Positions 10,115 to 22,100 of a stretch of DNA of 41,009 nucleotides are shown here, piece by piece. The DNA lies in contig JASTWF010000330.1 in NCBI GenBank assembly GCA_030390025.1, positions 496,001 to 537,009 on the forward strand, in the 5' to 3' direction. The first letter of the stretch is position 1; each line of letters opens with the position of its first letter. The notes under the pieces are model-generated. The model was not told the DNA's origin. It did no database searches and was given only the letters and a program-made list of their open reading frames with translations. The translations under genes and the position numbers were made by a program. The stretch is from Squalus acanthias (taxonomy: Eukaryota).

Positions 10115-13100
10115 CCCACTCCTCTCACTTACTGTGTCCCACTCCCATCAGGAACTGTGTCCCACCCCCATCAGGAACAGCGTCTAACTCTCCTCAGGAA
10201 CCGCCTCCCACTCCCCTCAGGAACCGTGTCCCACTCACCTCAGGAACCGTGTCCCACTCCCCTCAGGAACTGTGTCCCACTCCCCTCAGGAACTGTGTCC
10301 CAATCCCCTCAGGAACTGTGTTCCACTCCCCTCAGGATCTGTGTCCCACTCCCCACAGGTACTGTGTCCCACTCCCCTCAGGAACTGTGTCCCACTCCCC
10401 TCAGGAACTGCATCCCAATCCCCTCAGGAACTGTGTCCACTCCCCTCAGGAACTGTGTCCACTCCCCTCAGGAACTGTGTCCCTCTCCCCTCAGGAACTG
10501 TGTCCCACTTCCCTCAGGAACTGTGTCCCACTCCCCTCAGGAGCTGCGTCCTACTCCCCTCAGGAACTGTGTCCACTCCCCTCAGGAACTGTGTCACACT
10601 CCCCTCAGGAACTGTGTCCCTCACCCCTCAGGAACTGTGTCCACTCCCCTCAGGAACTGTGTCCCTCTCGCCTCAGGAACTGTGTCCCTCTCCCCTCAGG
10701 AACTGTGTCCACTCCCCTCAGGAACTGTGTCCCACTCCCCTCAGTAACTGCGTCCCACTCCCCTCAGGAACTGTGTCCCTCTCCCCTCAGGAACTGTGTC
10801 CCACTTCCCTCAGGAACTGTGTCCTCTCCCCTCAGGAACTGTGTCCCCCTCCCCTCAGGAACTGTGTCCCACTCCCCTCAGGAACTGTGTCCCACTCCCC
10901 TCAGGAACTGTGTCCTCTCCCCTCAGGAACTGTGTCCCACTCCCCTCAGGAACTGTGTCCACTCCCCTCAGGAACTGTGTCCACTCCCCACAGGAACTGT
11001 GTCCCTCTCCCCTCAGGAACTGTGTCCCACTCCCCTCAGTAACTGCGTCCCACTCCCCTCAGGAACTGTGTCCACTCCACTCAGGAACTGTGTCCCACTC
11101 CCCTCAGGAACTGTGTCCCCCTCCCCTCAGGAACTGTGTCTCACTCCCCACAGGAACTGTGTCCCACTCCCCGCAGGAACTGTGTCCCACTCCCCACAGG
11201 AACTGTGTCCCACTCCCCACAGGAACTGTGTCCCACTCCCCACAGGAACTGTGTCCCACTCCCCACAGGAACTGTGTCCCACTCCCCACAGGAACTGTGT
11301 CCCACTCCCCACAGGAAAAGTGTCCCACTCCCCACAGGAACTGTGTCCCACTCTCCACAGGAACTGTGTCCCACACCCCTCAGGAACTGTGTCCACTCCC
11401 CTCAGGAACTGTGTCCCTCTCCCCTCAGGAACTGTGTCCCATTCCCCTCAGGAACTGTGTCCCACTCCCCTCAGGAACTGTGTCCCACTCCCCTCAGGAA
11501 CTGTGTCCCACTCCCCTCAGGAACTGTGCCCCACTCCCATCAGGAACTGCGTCCAACTCTCCTCAGGAACCGCTTCCAACTCCCCTCAGGAACCGGGTCC
11601 CACTCCCCTCAGGAACTGTGTCCCAATCCCCTCAGGAACTGTGTCCCACTCCCCTCAGGATTTGTGTCCCACTCCCCACAGGAACTGTGTCCCATTCCCC
11701 TCAGGAACTGTGTCCCAATCCCCTCAGGAAATGTGTCCCACTCCCCTCAGGATCTGTGTCCCACTCCCCACAGGTACTGTGTCCCACTCCCCTCAGGAAC
11801 TGTGTCCCACTCCCCTCAGAAACTGCATCCCAATCCCCTCAGGAACTGTGTCCACTCCCCTCAGGAACTGTGTCCACTCCCCTCAGGAACTGTGTCCCAC
11901 TCCCCTCAGGATCTGTGTCCCACTCCCCACAGGTACTGTGTCCCACTCCCCTCAGGAACTGTGTCCCACTCACCACAGGAACTGTGTCCCACTCCCCTCA
12001 GGAACTGTGTCCCACTCCCCTCAGAAACTGCATCCCAATCCCCTCAGGAACTGTGTCCACTCCCCTCAGGAACTGTGTCCACTCCCCTCAGGAACTGTGT
12101 CCCACTCCCCTCAGGATTTGTGTCCCACTCCCCACAGGAACTGTGTCCCACTCCCCTCAGGAACTGTGTCCCACTCCCTCAGGAACTGCGTCCCAATCCC
12201 CTCAGGAACTGTGTCCACTCCCCTCAGGAACTGGGTGCCACTCCCCTCAGGAACTGCGTCCCACTCCCCTAAGGAACTGTGTCCACTCCCCTCAGGAACT
12301 GTGTCCCACTCCCCTAAGGAACTGTGTCCACTCCCCTCAGGAACTGTGTCCCACTCCCCTCAGGAACTGTGTCCCTCTCCCCTCAGGAACTGTGTCCACT
12401 CCCCTCAGGAACTGTGTCCCACTCCCCTCAGGAGCTGAGTCCTCTCCCCTCAGGAACTGTGTCCCACTCCCCTCAGGAACTGTGTCCACTCCCCTCAGGA
12501 ACTGTGTCCCACTCCCCTCAGGAACTGTGTCCCTCTCCCCTCAGGAACTGTGTCCCACTCCCCTCAGGAACTGTGTCCCTCTCCCCTCAGGAACTGTGTT
12601 CCACTCCCCTCAGGAACTGTGTCCCTCTCCCCTCAGGAACCGTGTCCCACTCCCCTCAGGAACTGTGTCCCTCTCCCCTCAGGAACCGTGTCCCACTCCC
12701 CTCAGGAACTGTGTCCACTCCCCTCAGGAACTGTGTCCACTCCCCTCAGGAACTGTGTCCCTCTCCCCTCAGGAACTGTTTCCCACTCCCCTCAGGAAAT
12801 GTGTCCGACTCCCCTCAGGAACTGTGTCCCACTCCCCTCAGGAACTGTGTCCCACTCCCCTCAGGAACTGTGCCCCACTCCCATCAGGAACTGCGTCCAA
12901 CTCTCCTCAGGAACCGCCTCCCACTCCCCTCAGGAACCGGGTCCCACTCCCCTCAGGAACTGTGTCCCAATCCCCTCAGGAACTGTGTCCCACTCCCCTC
13001 AGGATCTGTGTCCCACTCCCCACAGGAACTGTGTCCCACTCCCCTCAGGAACTGTGTCCCACTCCCTCAGGAACTGCGTCCCACTCCCCTCAGGAACTGT

Positions 13101-16100
13101 GTCCACTCCCCTCAGGAACTGTGTCCCACTCCCTCAGGAACTGTGTCCCACTCCCTCAGGAACTGTGTCCCACTCCCCACAGGAACTGTGTCCCACTCCC
13201 TCAGGAACTGTGTCCCACTCCCCTCAGGAGCTGCGTCCCACTCCCCTCAGGAACTGTGTCCACTCCCCTCAGGAACTGTGTCACACTCCCCTCAGGAACT
13301 GTGTCCCTCACCCCTCAGGAACTGTGTCCACTCCCCTCAGGAACTGTGTCCCTCTCGCCTCAGGAACTGTGTCCCTCTCCCCTCAGGAACTGTGTCCACT
13401 CCCCTCAGGAACTGTGTCCCACTCCCCTCAGTAACTGCGTCCCACTCCCCTCAGGAACTGTGTCCCTCTCCCCTCAGGAACTGTGTCCCACTTCCCTCAG
13501 GAACTGTGTCCTCTCCCCTCAGGAACTGTGTCCCCCTCCCCTCAGGAACTGTGTCCCACTCCCCTCAGGAACTGTGTCCCACTCCCCTCAGGAACTGTGT
13601 CCTCTCCCCTCAGGAACTGTGTCCCACTCCCCTCAGGAACTGTGTCCACTCCCCTCAGGAACTGTGTCCACTCCCCACAGGAACTGTGTCCCTCTCCCCT
13701 CAGGAACTGTGTCCCACTCCCCTCAGTAACTGCGTCCCACTCCCCTCAGGAACTGTGTCCACTCCACTCAGGAACTGTGTCCCACTCCCCTCAGGAACTG
13801 TGTCCCCCTCCCCTCAGGAACTGTGTCTCACTCCCCACAGGAACTGTGTCCCACTCCCCGCAGGAACTGTGTCCCACTCCCCACAGGAACTGTGTCCCAC
13901 TCCCCACAGGAACTGTGTCCCACTCCCCACAGGAACTGTGTCCCACTCCCCACAGGAACTGTGTGCCACTCCCCACAGGAACAGTGTCCCACTCCCCACA
14001 GGAACTGTGTCCCACTCTCCACAGGAACTGTGTCCCACACCCCTCAGGAACTGTGTCCACTCCCCTCAGGAACTGTGTCCCTCTCCCCTCAGGAACTGTG
14101 TCCCATTCCCCTCAGGAACTGTGTCCCACTCCCCTCAGGAACTGTGTCCCACTCCCCTCAGGAACTGTGTCCCACTCCCCTCAGGAACTGTGCCCCACTC
14201 CCATCAGGAACTGCGTCCAACTCTCCTCAGGAACCGCTTCCAACTCCCCTCAGGAACCGGGTCCCACTCCCCTCAGGAACTGTGTCCCAATCCCCTCAGG
14301 AACTGTGTCCCACTCCCCTCAGGATTTGTGTCCCACTCCCCACAGGAACTGTGTCCCATTCCCCTCAGGAACTGTGTCCCAATCCCCTCAGGAAATGTGT
14401 CCCACTCCCCTCAGGATCTGTGTCCCACTCCCCACAGGTACTGTGTCCCACTCCCCTCAGGAACTGTGTCCCACTCCCCTCAGAAACTGCATCCCAATCC
14501 CCTCAGGAACTGTGTCCACTCCCCTCAGGAACTGTGTCCACTCCCCTCAGGAACTGTGTCCCACTCCCCTCAGGAACTGTGTCCCACTCCCCTCAGAAAC
14601 TGCATCCCAATCCCCTCAGGAACTGTGTCCACTCCCCTCAGGAACTGTGTCCCACTCACCACAGGAACTGTGTCCCACTCCCCTCAGGAACTGTGTCCCA
14701 CTCCCCTCAGAAACTGCATCCCAATCCCCTCAGGAACTGTGTCCACTCCCCTCAGGAACTGTGTCCACTCCCCTCAGGAACTGTGTCCCACTCCCCTCAG
14801 GAACTGTGTCCCACTCCCCTCAGGAACTGTGTCCCACTCCCCTCAGAAACTGCATCCCAATCCCCTCAGGAACTGTGTCCACTCCCCTCAGGAACTGTGT
14901 CCCACTCACCACAGGAACTGTGTCCCACTCCCCTCAGGAACTGTGTCCCACTCCCCTCAGAAACTGCATCCCAATCCCCTCAGGAACTGTGTCCACTCCC
15001 CTCAGGAACTGTGTCCACTCCCCTCAGGAACTGTGTCCCACTCCCCTCAGGATTTGTGTCCCACTCCCCACAGGAACTGTGTCCCACTCCCCTCAGGAAC
15101 TGTGTCCCACTCCCTCAGGAACTGCGTCCCAATCCCCTCAGGAACTGTGTCCACTCCCCTCAGGAACTGGGTGCCACTCCCCTCAGGAACTGCGTCCCAC
15201 TCCCCTAAGGAACTGTGTCCACTCCCCTCAGGAACTGTGTCCCACTCCCCTAAGGAACTGTGTCCACTCCCCTCAGGAACTGTGTCCCACTCCCCTCAGG
15301 AACTGTGTCCCTCTCCCCTCAGGAACTGTGTCCACTCCCCTCAGGAACTGTGTCCCACTCCCCTCAGGAGCTGAGTCCTCTCCCCTCAGGAACTGTGTCC
15401 CACTCCCCTCAGGAACTGTGTCCACTCCCCTCAGGAACTGTGTCCCACTCCCCTCAGGAACTGTGTCCCTCTCCCCTCAGGAACTGTGTCCCACTCCCCT
15501 CAGGAACTGTGTCCCTCTCCCCTCAGGAACTGTGTTCCACTCCCCTCAGGAACTGTGTCCCTCTCCCCTCAGGAACCGTGTCCCACTCCCCTCAGGAACT
15601 GTGTCCCTCTCCCCTCAGGAACCGTGTCCCACTCCCCTCAGGAACTGTGTCCACTCCCCTCAGGAACTGTGTCCACTCCCCTCAGGAACTGTGTCCCTCT
15701 CCCCTCAGGAACTGTTTCCCACTCCCCTCAGGAAATGTGTCCGACTCCCCTCAGGAACTGTGTCCCACTCCCCTCAGGAACTGTGTCCCACTCCCCTCAG
15801 GAACTGTGCCCCACTCCCATCAGGAACTGCGTCCAACTCTCCTCAGGAACCGCCTCCCACTCCCCTCAGGAACCGGGTCCCACTCCCCTCAGGAACTGTG
15901 TCCCAATCCCCTCAGGAACTGTGTCCCACTCCCCTCAGGATCTGTGTCCCACTCCCCACAGGAACTGTGTCCCACTCCCCTCAGGAACTGTGTCCCACTC
16001 CCTCAGGAACTGCGTCCCACTCCCCTCAGGAACTGTGTCCACTCCCCTCAGGAACTGTGTCCCACTCCCTCAGGAACTGTGTCCCACTCCCTCAGGAACT

Positions 16101-19100
16101 GTGTCCCACTCCCCACAGGAACTGTGTCCCACTCCCTCAGGAACTGTGTCCCACTCCCCTCAGGAACTGCGTCCCAATCCCCTCAGGAACTGTGTCCACT
16201 CCCCTCAGGAACTGGGTGCCACTCCCCTCAGGAACTGCGTCCCACTCCCCTAAGGAACTGTGTCCACTCCCCTCAGGAACTGTGTCCCACTCCCCTCAGG
16301 AACTGTGTCCCTCTCCCCTCAGGAACTGTGTCCCACTCCCCTCAGGAGCTGAGTCCTCTCCCCTCAGGAACTGTGTCCCACTCCCCTCAGGAGCTGAGTC
16401 CTCTCCCCTCAGGAACTGTGTCACACTCCCCTCAGGAACTGTGTCCCACTCCCCTCAGGAACTGTGTCCACTCCCCTCAGGAACTGTGTCCCACTCCCCT
16501 CAGGAACTGTGTCCCTCTCCCCTCAGGAACTGTGTTCCACTCCCCTCAGGAACTGTGTCCCTCTCCCCTCAGGAAACGTGTCCCACTCCCCTCAGGAACT
16601 GTGTCCCTCTCCCCTCAGGAACCGTGTCCCACTCCCCTCAGGAACTGTGTCCACTCCCCTCAGGAACTGTGTCCACTCCCCTCAGGAACTGTGTCCCTCT
16701 CCCCTCAGGAACTGTTTCCCACTCCCCTCAGGAAATGTGTCCGACTCCCCTCAGGAACTGTGTCCCACTCCCCTCAGGAACTGTGTCACACTCCCCTCAG
16801 GAACTGTGCCCCACTCCCATCAGGAACTGCGTCCAACTCTCCTCAGGAACCGCCTCCCACTCCCCTCAGGAACCGGGTCCCACTCCCCTCAGGAACTGTG
16901 TCCCAATCCCCTCAGGACCTGTGTCCCACTCCCCTCAGGATCTGTGTCCCACTCCCCACAGGAACTGTGTCCCACTCCCCTCAGGAACTGTGTCCCACTC
17001 CCTCAGGAACTGCGTCCCAATCCCCTCAGGAACTGTGTCCACTCCCCTCAGGAACTGGGTGCCACTCCCCTCAGGAACTGCGTCCCACTCCCCTCAGGAA
17101 CTGTGTCCACTCCCCTCAGGAACTGTGTCCCACTCCCCTCAGGAACTGTGTCCCTCTCCCCTCAGGAGCTGAGTCCTCTCCCCTCAGGAACTGTGTCCCA
17201 CTCCCCTCAGGAACCGTGTCCCACTCCCCTCAGGAATTGTGTCCCTCTCCCCTCAGGAACCGTGTCCCACTCCCCTCAGGAACTGTGTCCACTCCCCTCA
17301 GGAACTGTGTCCACTCCCCTCAGGAACTGTGTCCCTCTCCCCTCAGGAACTGTTTCCCACTCCCCTCAGGAACTGTGTCCGACTCCCCTCAGGAACTGTG
17401 TCCCACTCCCCTCAGCAACTGTGTCCTCTCCCCTCAGGAACTGTGTCCCACTCCCCTCAGGAACTGTGTCCACTCCCCTCAGGAACTGTGTCCCACTCCC
17501 CTCAGGAACTGTGTCCCACTCCCCTCAGGAACTGCGTTCCACTCCCCTCAGGAACTGTGTCCACTCCCCTCAGGGACTGTGTCCCACTCACCTCAGGAAA
17601 TGTGTCCCACTCCCCTCAGGAACTGTTTCCCACTCCCCACAGGAACTGTGTCCCACTCCCCACAGGAACTGTGTCCCACTCCCCAAAGGAACTGTGTCCC
17701 ACTCCCCACAGGAACGGTGTCCCACTCCCCTCAGGAACTGTGTCCACTCCCCTCAGGAACTGTGTCCCTCTCCCCTCAGGAACTGTGTCCACTCCCCTCA
17801 GGAACTGCGTCCCACTCCCCTCAGGAACAGTGTCCCACTCCCCTCAGGAACTGTGTCCACTCCCCTCAGGAACTGTGTCCCACTCCCCTCAGGAACTGTG
17901 TCCCACTCCCCTCAGGAACTGTGTCCACTCCCCTCAGGAACTGTGTCCCTCTCCCCTCAGGAACAGTGTCCCACTCCCCTCAGGAACTGTGTCCACTCCC
18001 CTCAGGAACTGTGTCCCACTCCCCTCAGGAACTGTGTCCACTCCCCTCAGGAACTGTGTCCACTCCCCTCAGGAACTGTATCCCTCTCCCCTCAGGAACT
18101 GTATCCCACTCCCCTCAGGAACTGTGTCCCTCTCCCCTCAGGAACAGTGTCCCACTCCCCTCAGGAACTGTGTCCACTCCCCTCAGGAACTGTGTCCCAC
18201 TCCCCTCAGGAACTGTGTCCACTCCCCTCAGGAACTGTGTCCCACTCCCCTCAGGAACTGTGTCCACTCCCCTCAGGAACTGTGTCCACTCCCCTCAGGA
18301 ACTGTATCCCTCTCCCCTCAGGAACTGTGTCCCTCTCCTCTCCGGAACTGTGTCCACTCCCCTCAGGAACTGTGTCCCACTCCCCTCAGGAACTGTGTCT
18401 CACTCCCCTCAGGAACTGTGTCCCTCTCCCCTCAGGAACTGTGTCCCACTCCCCTCAGGAACTGTGTCCCACTCCCCTCAGGAACTGTGTCCCTCTCCCC
18501 TCCGGAACTGTGTCCACTCCCCTCAGGAACTGTGTCACACTCCCCTCAGGAACTGTGTCCCACTCCCCTCAGGAACTGTGTCCACTCCCCTAAGGAACTG
18601 TGTCCCACTCCCCTCAGGAACTGTGTCCCACTCCCCACAGAAACTGTAACCCTCTCCCCTCAGGAACTGTGTCCACTCCTCTCAAGAACTGTGTCCACTC
18701 CCCTCAGGAACTGTGTCCCACTCCCCTCAGGAACTGTGTCCACTCCCCTAAGGAACTGTGTCCCACTCCCCTCAGGAACTGTGTCCCACTCCCCACAGAA
18801 ACTGTAACCCTCTCCCCTCAGGAACTGTGTCCACTCCTCTCAAGAACTGTGTCCACTCCCCTCAGGAACTGTGTCCCACTCCCCTCAGGAACTGTGTCCA
18901 CTCCCCTCAGGAACTGTGTCCACTCCCCTCAGGAACTGTGTCCACTCCCCTCAGGAACTGTGTCCACTCCCCTCAGGAACTGTGTCCACTCCCCTCAGGA
19001 ACTGTGTCCACTCCCCTCAGGAACCGTGTCCACTCCCCTCAGGAACTGTGTCCCAATCCCCTCAGGAACTGTGTCCCACTCCCCTCAGGATCTGTGTCCC

Positions 19101-22100
19101 ACTCCCCTCAGGAACTGTGTCCCACTCCCTCAGGAACTGCGTCCCAATCCCCTCAGGAACTGTGTCCACTCCCCTCAGGAACTGGGTGCCACTCCCCTCA
19201 GGAACTGTGTCCCACTCCCCTCAGGAACTGTGTCCCACTCCCCACAGGAACTGTGTCCCACTCCCCTCAGGAACTGTGTCCCACTCCCTCAGGAACTGCG
19301 TCCCAATCCCCTCAGGAACTGTGTCCACTCCCCTCAGGAACTGGTGCCACTCCCCTCAGGAACTGCGTCCCACTCCCCTCAGGAACTGTGTCCACTCCCC
19401 TCAGGAACTGTGTCCCACTCCCCTCAGGAACTGTGTCCCTCTCCCCTCAGGAGGTGAGTCCTCTCCCCTCAGGAACTGTGTCCCACTCCCCTCAGGAACC
19501 GTGTCCCACTCCCCTCAGGAATTGTGTCCCTCTCACCTCAGGAACCGTGTCCCACTCCCCTCAGGAACTGTGTCCACTCCCCTCAGGAACTGTGTCCACT
19601 CCCCTCAGGAACTGTGTCCCTCTCCCCTCAGGAACTGTTTCCCACTCCCCTCAGGAACTGTGTCCGACTCCCCTCAGGAACTGTGTCCCACTCCCCTCAG
19701 GAACTGTGTCCTCTCCCCTCAGGAACTGTGTCCCACTCCCCTCAGGAACTGTGTCCACTCCCCTCAGGAACTGTGTCCCACTCCCCTCAGGAACTGTGTC
19801 CCACTCCCCTCAGGAACTGCGTTCCACTCCCCTCAGGAACTGTGTCCACTCCCCTCAGGAACTGTGTCCCACTCACCTCAGGAAATGTGTCCCACTCCCC
19901 TCAGGAACTGTTTCCCACTCCCCACAGGAACTGTGTCCCACTCCCCACAGGAACTGTGTCCCACTCCCCAAAGGAACTGTGTCCCACTCCCCACAGGAAC
20001 TGTTTCCCACTCCCCACAGGAACGGTGTCCCACTCCCCTCAGGAACTGTGTCCACTCCCCTCAGGAACTGTGTCCCTCTCCCCTCAGGAACTGTGTCCAC
20101 TCCCCTCAGGAACTGCATCCCACTCCCCTCAGGAACAGTGTCCCACTCCCCTCAGGAACTGTGTCCACTCCCCTCAGGAACTGTGTCCCACTCCCCTCAG
20201 GAACTGTATCCCTCTCCCCTCAGGAACTGTGTCCCTCTCCTCTCCGGAACTGTGTCCACTCCCCTCAGGAACTGTGTCCCACTCCCCTCAGGAACTGTGT
20301 CCCACTCCCCTCAGGAACTGTGTCCACTCCCCTAAGGAACTGTGTCCCACTCCCCTCAGGAACTGTGTCCCACTCCCCACAGAAACTGTAACCCTCTCCC
20401 CTCAGGAACTGTGTCCACTCCTCTCAAGAACTGTGTCCACTCCCCTCAGGAACTGTGTCCCACTCCCCTCAGGAACTGTGTGCACTCCCCTCAGGAACTG
20501 TGTCCACTCCCCTCAGGAACTGTGTCCACTCCCCTCAGGAACTGTGTCCACTCCCCTCAGGAACTGTGTCCACTCCCCTCAGGAACTGTGTCCACTCCCC
20601 TCAGGAACCGTGTCCACTCCCCTCAGGAACTGTGTCCCTCTCCCCTCAGGAACTGTGTCCACTCCCCTCAGGAACTGTGTCCCTCTACCCGCAGGAACTG
20701 TGTCCCTCTCCCCTCAGGAACTGTGTCCCTCTCCCCTGAGGAACTGTGTCCCACTCCCCTCAGGAACTGTGTCCACTCCCCTCAGGAACTGTGTCCACTC
20801 CCCTCAGGAACTGTGTCCCACTCCCCTCAGGAACTGTGTCCCTCTCCCCTCAGGAACTGTGTCCCACTCCCCTCAGGAACTCTGTCCCTCTCCCCTCAGG
20901 AACTGTGTTCCACTCCCCTCAGGAACTGTGTCCCTCTCCCCTCAGGAACCGTGTCCCACTCCCCTCAGGAACTGTGTCCCTCTCCCCTCAGGAACCGTGT
21001 CCCACTCCCCTCAGGAACTGTGTCCACTCCCCTCAGGAACTGAGTCCACTCCCCTCAGGAACTGTGTCCCTCTCCCCTCAGGAACTGTTTCCCACTCCCC
21101 TCAGGAACTGTGTCCGACTCCCCTCAGGAACTGTGTCCCACTCCCCTCAGGAACTGTGTCCTCTCCCCTCAGGAACTGTGTCCCACTCCCCTCAGGAACT
21201 GTGTCCACTCCCCTCAGGAACTGTGTCCCACTCCCCTCAGGAACTGTGTCCGACTCCCCTCAGGAACTGTGTCCCACTCCCCTCAGGAACTGTGTCCTCT
21301 CCCCTCAGGAACTGTGTCCCACTCCCCTCAGGAACTGTGTCCACTCCCCTCAGGAACTGTGTCCCACTCCCCTCAGGAACTGTGTCCCACTCCCCTCAGG
21401 AACTGCGTTCCACTCCCCACAGGAAATGTGTCCACTCCCCTCAGGAACTGTGTCCCACTCCCCTCAGGAACTGTGTCCCACTCCCCTCAGGAACTGCGTT
21501 CCACTCCCCTCAGGAAATGTGTCCACTCCCCTCAGGAACTGTGTCCCACTCACCTCAGGAAATGTGTCCCACTCCCCTCAGGAACTGTTTCCCACTCCCC
21601 ACAGGAACTGTGTCCCACTCCCCACAGGAACTGTGTCCCACTCCCCAAAGGAACTGTGTGCCACTCCCCACAGGAACTGTGTCCCACTCCCCACAGGAAC
21701 GGTGTCCCACTCCCCTCAGGAACTGTGTCCACTCCCCTCAGGAACTGTGTCGCTCTCCCCTCAGGAACTGTGTCCACTCCCCTCAGGAACTGCGTCCCAC
21801 TCCCCTCAGGAACAGTGTCCCACTCCCCTCAGGAACTGTGTCCACTCAACTCAGGAACTGTGTCCCACTCCCCTGAGGAACTGTATCCCTCTCCCCTCAG
21901 GAACTGTGTCCCTCTCCCCTCCGGAACTGTGTCCACTCCCCTCAGGAACTGTGTCCCACTCCCCTCAGGAACTGTGTCCCACTCACCTCAGGAAATGTGT
22001 CCCACTCCCCTCAGGAACTGTTTCCCACTCCCCACAGGAACTGTGTCCCACTCCCCACAGGAACTGTGTCCCACTCCCCAAAGGAACTGTGTCCCACTCC

